Shown piece by piece: positions 31,083-39,277 of a stretch of DNA of 64,000 bases. This DNA comes from Bacteroidaceae bacterium (GTDB taxonomy: Bacteria > Bacteroidota > Bacteroidia > Bacteroidales > Bacteroidaceae), in NCBI GenBank assembly GCA_017428785.1, contig JAFRQD010000048.1, positions 56,358 to 120,357 of the forward strand, read 5' to 3'. Position numbers and translations under genes: made by a program. Positions within the stretch are counted from its first letter, which is position 1, and every line of letters starts with the position of its first letter. The notes beneath the pieces are model-generated. The model was given only the letters and a program-made list of their open reading frames with translations, ran no database searches and was not told the origin of the DNA.

Positions 31083-34000
31083 TTACTTCAGAATCTTCTT
31101 TCCGTTCACGATGTTGATGCCGCGCTGCATCTTCTGGAGGCGCTGACCTGCGAGGTTGTAGATAACTCCGTTGTCTGTTGTCAGTTGACCGTTGTCAATG
31201 GTCTCGATGCCAGTTGCGTCATCGTCGAAGCCATAGAATGCCTTTGCCTGACCGGCAGAAGATGTAACCTGGAGGTAAGCCTTGCCTGCAGGAATCACGA
31301 TGCCAGCCTGCACCTTGTAGAAGCCAACGCCATCAAACTGAGCGAGGCAATACTGTGAGCCGTCGGCAGTAACAGCAGCTGTAGCAGCAACGAGGTCGTT
31401 GTTGGTGATTTCAGCAACAGTTTCTGTAGTATAGGTGAACTCATAAGTGCCTGCACTTGCCTTTACAAGGACAGCTGCACCAGCAGGAATGCCATCAGTA
31501 ACTGCTGTGAGTTGAGCAGAAGTAGCACCCTCGTTGACTTTCGCAGCATAAACCTCAACACCCGTAGGAATTTCGAGATTTGCGGCAGCAACTATTGTGG
31601 CATAACCGGCAGGACTTACAGTCACAGTCTGAGAGGTGGGAACTTCCTCTACCTTCTTGTAGAGCTGGATAGCTTGCTGACCAGTCTTATTATAGTAACG
31701 GAAACGTTCTTGACCAAGTGCGCTGTTAAAATACAAACTATAATCACCAACTGTTATGGATACATTGCCGTCGTTGAATGTAATGATATTTGCTTGAGCT
31801 TCTTCGCTTGTGTTCAACGTGTTCTTGCTTCCTGTATGATAGATATAAAGCCCACTTGCTGAACATATAGAATATCCGTCTTCCATTGCGGCAATCGTAA
31901 CTTCTGCTGCTTCTGTTGTTTCATCTGCTGCAATCTCGTTATTACTGATAGTCACACTAATCGTATTGCTTGCAGCATCCAATTCTTCAAGACCACCATT
32001 GAAGGCTACGCTGCCCTCTTCATAGACGATGAGGTACTGGCCATCGGTGAGGTCATCTGTAGAAGTTACCTTCACATACTTGTCACCAGTAACAGGTGTT
32101 ACACTACCCTGTACTGCTGTAGCATTGATTGTCACACTGCTGTTAGGCATATAGAACGACCAAGCACCTTGGGTTTCTGTTAAGGTCACTTCGTTATTGC
32201 TTGCATCCAGAACAGTGACGCTCTCCAAAGTATATCCCTCTGTAACGCTGAGAGAGAAGTAAACCAATGTGCCTACTGCCACATTATCACCCAACGTAAT
32301 ATCTTCCATGTCGCCATCATAAAGACTTGATATTTCAACATGGCTCAATGTTCCTGCAGTAACGGTTGTTTGGACAGGTGCCTCAACTTCTTCAATGTCA
32401 GCAGCACTGCGAGGAAGAATTTCCTTGGTGCTGTTGAACTGCTGATAAACACCTGTGATGTTATAAACCTTACCTGCTTCAAGAGCACCAAAAGCAAACA
32501 GAGAGTTGTAAACCTGAATAGAGGTTGTGCCGTCAGTAAGATAATACTTAGTGGTACTACCGCTATCATCAACACTGCAAGTGAGGTTCTCATAGCTAAC
32601 AAGTGCACCAGTATTCACACCAGCGAGGCTTGCCATTGCGACATTGGCTGTTGTTACAGAGCCACCTGTAGTAATCGTCAGGTCAGAAGCATTCAAACCA
32701 GTAACCTCTGCAGAGCCATTAAACTTTTGCACCTTACAAGCTACTGCTGTACCAGAAAGAATGTTGCCAACTGAATAGGTGTTGTTCAAACCACCATTAG
32801 TATCATAGATAATAAAACCGTTACCTGCATTGTCAGTAACAAAGACATTCTTGCCATTTGTTGAAATGGCAGAAACAACCCAATTATTGAAGGTTACATT
32901 CACATCTGTTGCTGTGCTCCCTACTTCTGTTGCTTTTTCAAAGAGGGCGGGAATAGTTGTGTAAATGACAGGAGCAGCAGCCTGAGTGACTGTCACTTCC
33001 TTAGTTACAGAGCCATAGGTCAAAGTAACAGTAGCAGAGCGGCTTTCTGTTGCTTCATTTGCAGTAGCAGTAAATGTCACGGCACTTTCACCTACAACAA
33101 AATTAGAAATCCAATTAGCATTAGCAGTTGTTGATGCCGTGAGAGATGTACCTTCAACGGGATTGCTGATTGTGTAGTTGATGCTACCACTTGTTGCGTT
33201 GTATGCGATGTTCACATCGCTTGCAGAAATAGAGGGATCTGTGCTAGGCAGACCAATAGTGATAGTAGCTTTGGACATATCACAACGGCTACTTCCACTA
33301 CCAGTGAAAAGAACAGATGATTCTGAACCTGTCCAGGTTTTAGAACTCGAGTTATAAGTTCCATTATCGGCAGAAATTGTTGCACTCCATGTTCCTGCAG
33401 AAGTGAAAACAATACTCTTGATTTCATATCCTTCTGGAGCGTCAAATGTCAGTTTGTTATTCGGATAGAAGCGAATTTGAGAGTCATTGACATAGTGATT
33501 ACCACCGCCAGCATATGTTATTGTTACATTGTCTTTTGTTCCGCTGATAGGAGTATCATCTGTAATGCCAGCTGCTGAGCCACCATAGTTTGTACCAAAG
33601 AAATTGTCATTGAGAGCTATCTCTATTTCTGTCGGCTGCACATAAGGAGCACTGCTAGTAACTGTCATCTCGTATGTGGCAGAAGAAGACTGATAGGTAT
33701 TAGCCACACCTGCATAGGTGGCAGTGAAGGTAACTGTGCCTGCTCCAACAAGGGTAACTGCACCATCTGCATCAATGGTAGCAACGTCCTCATCGCTTGA
33801 ACTCCAAGCAACGGTTGCACCAGAAACGGCAGAGCCATTAGCCGTAACTGTTGCAGACAAAGAACCTGCAGCTGTGCCAGCATAAACATCTGTGTTTGTA
33901 ATGCTTGTTGCATCAATGGTAGTTGTGGTCTCTACAGCAGAAGAACCGCCAGTAGAATAAGTAACAGTAACACCATCTATACGTCTATTGCCTGTTGAGC

Positions 34001-34406
34001 CGCCAATAGTAAATTTCACACTCGAAGCAGAGCCTGTCCAAGTGCCATTAGTGTATGTTCCTACATCTGTAGTAATTTTGTTTGAGCCGTCACCGTTACC
34101 AAAACTAATAACAATTTTAGTTATAGTATAGGAACTGGTTACAATGAAGTAGTTACCACCATAGCAACGAATAGCTGTTCCTGATGTAAAATACTTTGGA
34201 GCATTTGATGAGTTTGTTCCTTTATCAAAAGTAATACTGAATGCCGTTCCTACATACTCATCAATGGTTTCGTTATTTACATAATTTTGTTCAGAGAATG
34301 TTACACTCTCTTCTGCTGCCCAAACTGTTCCAGCTAGGGCGGTGGTCATTACGGCTACGAGCATGCCGACACGCAGCCAAAACTTGTTGAATAGATTTTT
34401 TTTCAT
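31083..34406 (-). CDS. T9SS cargo protein C (1107 aa): Ig-like (Big_2-type) repeats, modules shared with cargo B, and a CTD
   Basis: The signal peptide is MKKNLFNKFWLRVGMLVAVMTTALAGTVWA. A Big_2-like segment reads VAWSSSDEDVATIDADGAVTLVGAGTVTFTATYAG. The module YVKVTSTDDLTDGQYLIVYE...QERFRYY...AIQLYKKVE is shared with cargo B. The C-terminus is VIYNLAGQRLQKMQRGINIVNGKKILK. Confidence 0.7.
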   Translation of the reverse strand: MKKNLFNKFWLRVGMLVAVMTTALAGTVWAAEESVTFSEQNYVNNETIDEYVGTAFSITFDKGTNSSNAPKYFTSGTAIRCYGGNYFIVTSSYTITKIVISFGNGDGSNKITTDVGTYTNGTWTGSASSVKFTIGGSTGNRRIDGVTVTYSTGGSSAVETTTTIDATSITNTDVYAGTAAGSLSATVTANGSAVSGATVAWSSSDEDVATIDADGAVTLVGAGTVTFTATYAGVANTYQSSSATYEMTVTSSAPYVQPTEIEIALNDNFFGTNYGGSAAGITDDTPISGTKDNVTITYAGGGNHYVNDSQIRFYPNNKLTFDAPEGYEIKSIVFTSAGTWSATISADNGTYNSSSKTWTGSESSVLFTGSGSSRCDMSKATITIGLPSTDPSISASDVNIAYNATSGSINYTISNPVEGTSLTASTTANANWISNFVVGESAVTFTATANEATESRSATVTLTYGSVTKEVTVTQAAAPVIYTTIPALFEKATEVGSTATDVNVTFNNWVVSAISTNGKNVFVTDNAGNGFIIYDTNGGLNNTYSVGNILSGTAVACKVQKFNGSAEVTGLNASDLTITTGGSVTTANVAMASLAGVNTGALVSYENLTCSVDDSGSTTKYYLTDGTTSIQVYNSLFAFGALEAGKVYNITGVYQQFNSTKEILPRSAADIEEVEAPVQTTVTAGTLSHVEISSLYDGDMEDITLGDNVAVGTLVYFSLSVTEGYTLESVTVLDASNNEVTLTETQGAWSFYMPNSSVTINATAVQGSVTPVTGDKYVKVTSTDDLTDGQYLIVYEEGSVAFNGGLEELDAASNTISVTISNNEIAADETTEAAEVTIAAMEDGYSICSASGLYIYHTGSKNTLNTSEEAQANIITFNDGNVSITVGDYSLYFNSALGQERFRYYNKTGQQAIQLYKKVEEVPTSQTVTVSPAGYATIVAAANLEIPTGVEVYAAKVNEGATSAQLTAVTDGIPAGAAVLVKASAGTYEFTYTTETVAEITNNDLVAATAAVTADGSQYCLAQFDGVGFYKVQAGIVIPAGKAYLQVTSSAGQAKAFYGFDDDATGIETIDNGQLTTDNGVIYNLAGQRLQKMQRGINIVNGKKILK

Positions 34407-34545
34407 TTTGATAAAGTTTTTAAATTGTTTATTGAAATATGTTGTTTTGTTTGATTGTCGTCGTAATGACCGAAGGGGGTAAGAACAAGCAGCTACAGCG
34501 TGGGGTTGAGGGTAGTAGGAACCTGAACTTTATCCAAATCGCGCA

Positions 34546-34553
34546 CAAAGGTA
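34546..34553 (-). promoter_or_regulatory. -7 box TACCTTTG for cargo C
   Basis: The plus strand reads caaaggta, ~140 nt upstream of the ATG at 34406. Confidence 0.5.
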
Positions 34554-34774
34554 CTTCTTTTTGCGGTTCATGCAAAGAAAAAGCATATTTATTTTCTTTA
34601 AAAAGAAAAAAAAGGAGAATTTGGTTTAATAACAGGGGATATCGGACTTGGTGGTTTGGACTGGGACACGAGGTCTCTGAAAAATCAAAATGTCAATATT
34701 TATGCCTTCTCGCTTTCTTTTTGCTATTTTCACACGAAATTTTTACGGGCGCAAAATGGAAAATTTGGAGCCGG

Positions 34775-34885
34775 AAAACGCGGCGTTTGCAGACTTCGCA
34801 GGCGGCGTTTGGAAACTCCGCAGGCGATGTTGGCAATTTCCGCAGGCGGCGTTTGGATTTTCCGCTGCCTGCGTTGGCGGATTTC
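34775..34885. repeat. 22-bp-period CCGCAGGCGGCGTTTGG-type palindromic array
   Basis: It belongs to the same family as 12843-12934, with 4-5 degenerate units. Confidence 0.8.
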
Positions 34886-35233
34886 TACAGCCGAAAATAG
34901 CATTTTTCGCGATGAAATGGGGTGTTTTTGCTATCTGGAGTTGTCAATCCGAGCATCGGACATTGGTCTTCGGGCATTGACCATCAGGAAATGCCTCTTG
35001 TAAATCATGCAGTTATGAAACAATCGCGTTCTAAGCGCAAAAAACCGATTTTTGGTGCAAAAGTAAGGGCGACGACTTTTTAAGCGATTCTCGGCGAATC
35101 GCGGAAAATCAAGATGTAAGCAAGATGGCTGATTTAGTTACTTTTTGTCATTTTACAGAAAGATGATTTCCCCACCCCTCGCTTCGCTCTTCCCCTCCCC
35201 TCAGATGGGAGGGGAGTTGAGGATGCACAGTTC

Positions 35234-35309
35234 GGGCGGATTTGAAATCCGTCCGCAGATAAGTGGGGATTTGAAATCCCCGATTTAATACTGCCGGATT
35301 GCAAATCCG
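35234..35309. repeat. Three hairpins of the form GGATT-NNNN-AATCC just downstream of the LuxR-type gene
   Basis: The three units are gggcggatttgaaatccgtcc, ggggatttgaaatcccc and ccggattgcaaatccg. Confidence 0.8.
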
Positions 35310-35323
35310 TCAGGACGGGGAGC

Positions 35324-36292
35324 CTAGAGCTGCACCTCGTCGAGGTTGACGAGGCCGTTGACGATGGCGTAGATGGTGAGGCCTGCGGCGGAGCGTATCT
35401 GGAGCTTACGGCTGATGTTGCGGCGATGCGTCATCACCGTGTTGACCGAGATGAAGAGGGCTTCGGCTATCTCCTTGTTGGAGAGGCCCTTCACGACCTG
35501 CACGATGATTTCCTTCTCGCGCTCGCTGAGGGCGTTGTTCGACGCTTCGCCCTTCTCCTCGCAGCTATCGGGAATGGGCTGTCCGCCCTTCAGCCTGACT
35601 TCATGCTCGAGCCTGCGGATGCACTCGGCAAAGAGCGTGTCCTCCATGTGGCAATGGCTGTGGAGGTCTTCGTCCGTCATGAAGATGTCCATGAGCACTT
35701 CGCCCATGAGCGATGCGTTGTTGTCGCTGGGATAGTACTTCACGATGATGCTCTTGAGCTCGCTGAGGCTCTTCTCGATGCTGGCGTGCTGCTCGTCGTA
35801 CTGTTCCTCGATGCTTCGGAAGGATTCCTGTGGCAAGTTCCCTTGCAGCAGCGTCTCCACATAGGGATGCACATGGTTGTTCTCGAAGGTCATGTGCCGC
35901 TCCACCTCCTGCGCATACTCGTCGTAGAAGCGCAGGATGAGCATCGCCAGGCGGTTTCCGCTGGAGAGGTCGATGGCCTCGAGCAGCTTGCGCCGGATGC
36001 CAGGCAGGCGGAAATCGACGAAGTAGCTGTGGGAGTTCTTCAGGTAGGCGATGAGCGCCGGCACATCCACCTGCTCCGCCATCTCGCTGATGCGGGCGTG
36101 TGCGGCGTCTTTCACATAGTTGACGACCGTCAGGAATGTGCTGACATCCACTCCGGCATTGCGGCAAGTGGCCTCCACCGTTTGGTCGCCAAAGCCGAGC
36201 TTGATGCCGAAACGGCTAATTATCTGCAAGATGCGATAGTCATCACTGATGACGTCGCTCATAGGGTCTGTGGAATGATATTTCTCGGTCAC
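35324..36292 (-). CDS. One-component regulator: ScdA-N/hemerythrin-like sensor region fused to a LuxR-type HTH
   Basis: The C-terminus (LSEREKEIIVQVVKGLSNKEIAEALFISVNTVMTHRRNISRKLQI) is a GerE/LuxR HTH. The N-terminal ~240 aa have His/Glu-rich helical repeats (HSYFVDFRLPGIRRKL, HMTFENNHVHPY, DLHSHCHMED) suggesting a hemerythrin-like metal site. Confidence 0.6.
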   Translation of the reverse strand: MTEKYHSTDPMSDVISDDYRILQIISRFGIKLGFGDQTVEATCRNAGVDVSTFLTVVNYVKDAAHARISEMAEQVDVPALIAYLKNSHSYFVDFRLPGIRRKLLEAIDLSSGNRLAMLILRFYDEYAQEVERHMTFENNHVHPYVETLLQGNLPQESFRSIEEQYDEQHASIEKSLSELKSIIVKYYPSDNNASLMGEVLMDIFMTDEDLHSHCHMEDTLFAECIRRLEHEVRLKGGQPIPDSCEEKGEASNNALSEREKEIIVQVVKGLSNKEIAEALFISVNTVMTHRRNISRKLQIRSAAGLTIYAIVNGLVNLDEVQL

Positions 36293-36492
36293 CTCTGTTA
36301 TTTATTGTTTGATGGTTTACTATTTACTGTTTAATTCAATGCAAAGGTACGCTTTTTTGTTGAAGATTGGAGATTGAAGATTGAACATTCTGTTCAAAGA
36401 ACGGCAATTTCATCATTATTAGGTATGGCTGGGAGAGGCTTCCGAGGGCAAAATCATATTTTTTGCGTATTGCAGGGAACGGGAAGTCGCCG

Positions 36493-36500
36493 TACCTTTG
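36493..36500 (+). promoter_or_regulatory. -7 box TACCTTTG for the iron-type cluster
   Basis: It matches TAnnTTTG, ~108 nt upstream of the ATG at 36608. Confidence 0.5.
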
Positions 36501-36511
36501 CCGCCGGAAAA

Positions 36512-36590
36512 CCTAGGAGAGCCTAGGAAGCTCTAGGAAATCCTAGAAATGCCTAGGAAAACCTAGGAGAGCCTAGGAAGCCCTAGGATT
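36512..36590. repeat. Eight tandem CCTAGGA(A/G)-type units with a ~10 bp period, between the promoter box and the start codon
   Basis: The sequence reads cctaggagag cctaggaagct ctaggaaat cctagaaatg cctaggaaaa cctaggagag cctaggaagc cctaggatt. Most units carry the CCTAGG palindrome. Confidence 0.9.
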
Positions 36591-36607
36591 AAGAAAAACA
36601 AAAGACT

Positions 36608-37921
36608 ATGACAAAATCATCTCTTGCAGCTTTGATGCTGCTCATTGCCGGCTCTGCTTCGGCACAATGGAACACGGACTCTACCGAGATAGACAGCTAC
36701 GAGCGCTTCCGCATCGGCGGTTATGGCGAGGCGGTGGCTGCCTTCAAGGACTACGGCACCAACCGCTTCTACGGCAGCAGCGAGGGCAATACCCGCATGC
36801 ACCGCAACACCATCTCCATCCCTCGCTTTGTCCTGGCTGGCGACTACAAGTTCAACAAGCACTGGAACGTAGGCGTGGAGGTAGAGTTCGAGAGCGGCGG
36901 CACCGGCTCTGCCTTCGAGATAGAGAACTCGGAAAACGGCGAGTACGAGACCGAGGTGGAGAAAGGCGGCGAGGTTGCCATCGAGCAGTTCCACATCACC
37001 TACCACCTCAACCAGTACTTCAATGTCCGCGCCGGTCATATCATCGTGCCTGTCGGACTGAACAACGCGCACCACGAGCCCATCAACTTCTTCGGCACCG
37101 TACGGCCCGAGGGCGAGACGAGCATCATCCCCAACACCTGGCACGAGACCGGCCTCAGCCTCTTCGGACAGGTGGGCAGGAAGTGGGCCTCGTTCAACTG
37201 GGAAGCACAGGTCGTGGCAGGCCTCAACGCCAACGGCTTCGACCGCAACAACTGGGTGAACAAGGGCAAGCAGGGCTTCTTCGAGACCGACAACTTCACC
37301 TCCCCAGGCTATGTGCTCCGCATCAACTACACAGGCGTTCCGGGTCTGCGAGTGGGCTCCAGCTGGTATCACGTGCAGAACGCGGCATCGAACGCCGACA
37401 AGCCTACGACCTACAGCTTCCGCGTGCCCGTCAACCTATGGAGCGTCGATGCACAGTATCAGCATCGCTATGGCATCGTCCGCGGCAACATACTGAGCGG
37501 CAAGGTGGGCAACAGCACATTGCTCAGCGCCCGCAATGTCCGCCAAAGCAACGCCAGCCCGTACTCCAAGACGGCACCCATAGCAAGCAAAGCCGTCAGC
37601 TACGGCATCGAGGGCGGCCTGCGCCTGAAGGGCTTCTTCCACAGCACAAAGGCCCCCGACATCATTCCCTTCGCCCGCTACGAGTACTACAACGCTCAGG
37701 AGAAAGGCGAGGCAGGACAGGTGATGGAGGCGCGTCTCAAGACCTCCATGTGGACCTTCGGCCTCAACTACCGTCCTATACCTTATATTATAATAAAGGC
37801 CGACTACACAACCCGCAGAATAGGCGGCGGCAAGTACAACAGCGAGAACGAGTTCGCGCTGGGCATCGCCTTCACCGGCTGGTTTAAGGGGAAAAGGAGC
37901 TTCTATGGCTTCTCAGAATAA
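36608..37921 (+). CDS. Outer-membrane beta-barrel (porin-like) protein
   Basis: It has the signal peptide MTKSSLAALMLLIAGSASAQ, an alternating amphipathic beta-strand pattern, and an aromatic-rich C-terminal region (ALGIAFTGWF). Confidence 0.5.
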   Translation: MTKSSLAALMLLIAGSASAQWNTDSTEIDSYERFRIGGYGEAVAAFKDYGTNRFYGSSEGNTRMHRNTISIPRFVLAGDYKFNKHWNVGVEVEFESGGTGSAFEIENSENGEYETEVEKGGEVAIEQFHITYHLNQYFNVRAGHIIVPVGLNNAHHEPINFFGTVRPEGETSIIPNTWHETGLSLFGQVGRKWASFNWEAQVVAGLNANGFDRNNWVNKGKQGFFETDNFTSPGYVLRINYTGVPGLRVGSSWYHVQNAASNADKPTTYSFRVPVNLWSVDAQYQHRYGIVRGNILSGKVGNSTLLSARNVRQSNASPYSKTAPIASKAVSYGIEGGLRLKGFFHSTKAPDIIPFARYEYYNAQEKGEAGQVMEARLKTSMWTFGLNYRPIPYIIIKADYTTRRIGGGKYNSENEFALGIAFTGWFKGKRSFYGFSE

Positions 37922-38005
37922 ACGGAATAATCAGAGAGCCCAGAGTCCTCAGAATAATCAAAGCAATAGGAATAACCAGAATCTCTAATAAATTAAACAA
38001 ACAAC

Positions 38006-39190
38006 ATGAAAAAGAACATCTTTATCCTTGGCACAATTGCCATCGCACTGACTGCCGTATCGTGCAGCAAAGACTCAGACGACAACAAGGTTATCGTGGA
38101 TCCTGTTGAAACAATGCCCGAGGGCACAGCCGACGTCACAATCAACGAGACCGACGCCAACTATGCGGACTATCAGACGAACTGGTGCAACTATGCAGCC
38201 GCCGTGTCCTCTCGCCTGAAGGACGACGCCGCAAAGCTCTACAAGGCATGGAACGAAGGCCTTGACGGGGAAGCCTATCAGACAACCTTCAAGGAAGTGA
38301 AAGGCGCTTACACCAGCCCCAACAACTGCATCGAGCAGATTATAGACGGCTGCATCGACATCTCGAACGAGGTTGGGGAAAGCAAGATCGGCGACCCGCG
38401 CGACAAGTGGGAGAACAAGAAGTACACAGAGGCAGTCTATGCCGTTGAGTCCTGGTACAGCTTCCACTCGATTCAAGACTACGCAAACAACATCCGCTCC
38501 ATCCAGAACGCCTTCAACTGCACCTACAAAGGCACTCAGGGAAGCCACAGCATCGCTGCCTATTTGCGCAACAACGGACAGGCCGAGTTCGCAAACCAAG
38601 TGAATGCCGGCATCACCGCCGCCATCAACTCCATCGAGGGCATGGCCGCTCCTTTCCGCAGCCACATAGGCAATCCGAGCGTGCTCACTGCTATGGAGGC
38701 TTGCAACAACCTGAAGAATACCCTACGCACGCTGAAGGCAAAGGTCGAGAACTTCGAGGACCAAGCAGAGCTGAAAGCCATCGTGGCCGATTATGTCGAT
38801 GTCGTCGTGCTGCCGACCTACAAGGACCTTGCAGACGCAAATGCCGCCCTTCACTCTGCTGTGCAGGCGCTTGCGGCAAGTCCCTCCAATGCGACCTTCG
38901 AAGCAGCAGCCGCAGCATGGATGGCTGCCCGTCAGCCTTGGGAGATGAGCGAGGCCTTCCTGTTCGGTCCCGTCGACGAACTTGGCCTTGACCCCAATAT
39001 GGATTCGTGGCCTCTCGACCAGGATGCTATTAAGAACGTGCTTCGCAGCGGCGACTTCTCCGGCCTGGATTGGAGCGGCGACTACGATGAGGAGAACGAG
39101 GGCATTGCCGATGCCCAGAGCATCCGCGGGTTCCATACGCTCGAGTTCCTGCTCTTCAAGAACGGACAGCCGAGAAGAATTGGTAATTGA
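38006..39190 (+). CDS. Imelysin (peptidase M75) family lipoprotein
   Basis: It has a lipobox (LTAVSC), two imelysin-type helical halves, and the conserved GFHTLEFLLF motif near the C-terminus. Confidence 0.7.
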   Translation: MKKNIFILGTIAIALTAVSCSKDSDDNKVIVDPVETMPEGTADVTINETDANYADYQTNWCNYAAAVSSRLKDDAAKLYKAWNEGLDGEAYQTTFKEVKGAYTSPNNCIEQIIDGCIDISNEVGESKIGDPRDKWENKKYTEAVYAVESWYSFHSIQDYANNIRSIQNAFNCTYKGTQGSHSIAAYLRNNGQAEFANQVNAGITAAINSIEGMAAPFRSHIGNPSVLTAMEACNNLKNTLRTLKAKVENFEDQAELKAIVADYVDVVVLPTYKDLADANAALHSAVQALAASPSNATFEAAAAAWMAARQPWEMSEAFLFGPVDELGLDPNMDSWPLDQDAIKNVLRSGDFSGLDWSGDYDEENEGIADAQSIRGFHTLEFLLFKNGQPRRIGN

Positions 39191-39277
39191 ACATTGAACA
39201 TTGAAGATTGAAGATTGAAGATTGAAAATTGAGACGTTGGTTCATTGAACATCGAACACAGAAGATTGAACATTGAG
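39186..39277. repeat. ATTGAA(C/G)-type heptamer arrays bridging the imelysin stop and the next gene's TTG start
   Basis: The two stretches are attgaacattgaacattgaagattgaagattgaagattgaaaattgag and ttcattgaacatcgaacacagaagattgaacattgag. Confidence 0.9.

Noticed and set aside
34439-35003. Three overlapping plus-strand ORFs (153, 115 and 96 aa) in the 0.9 kb gap upstream of cargo C.
   Set aside because: They read through the REP-like array, giving peptides such as RRRRLETPQAMLAISAGGVW. They are mutually exclusive frames and have no start-context support.
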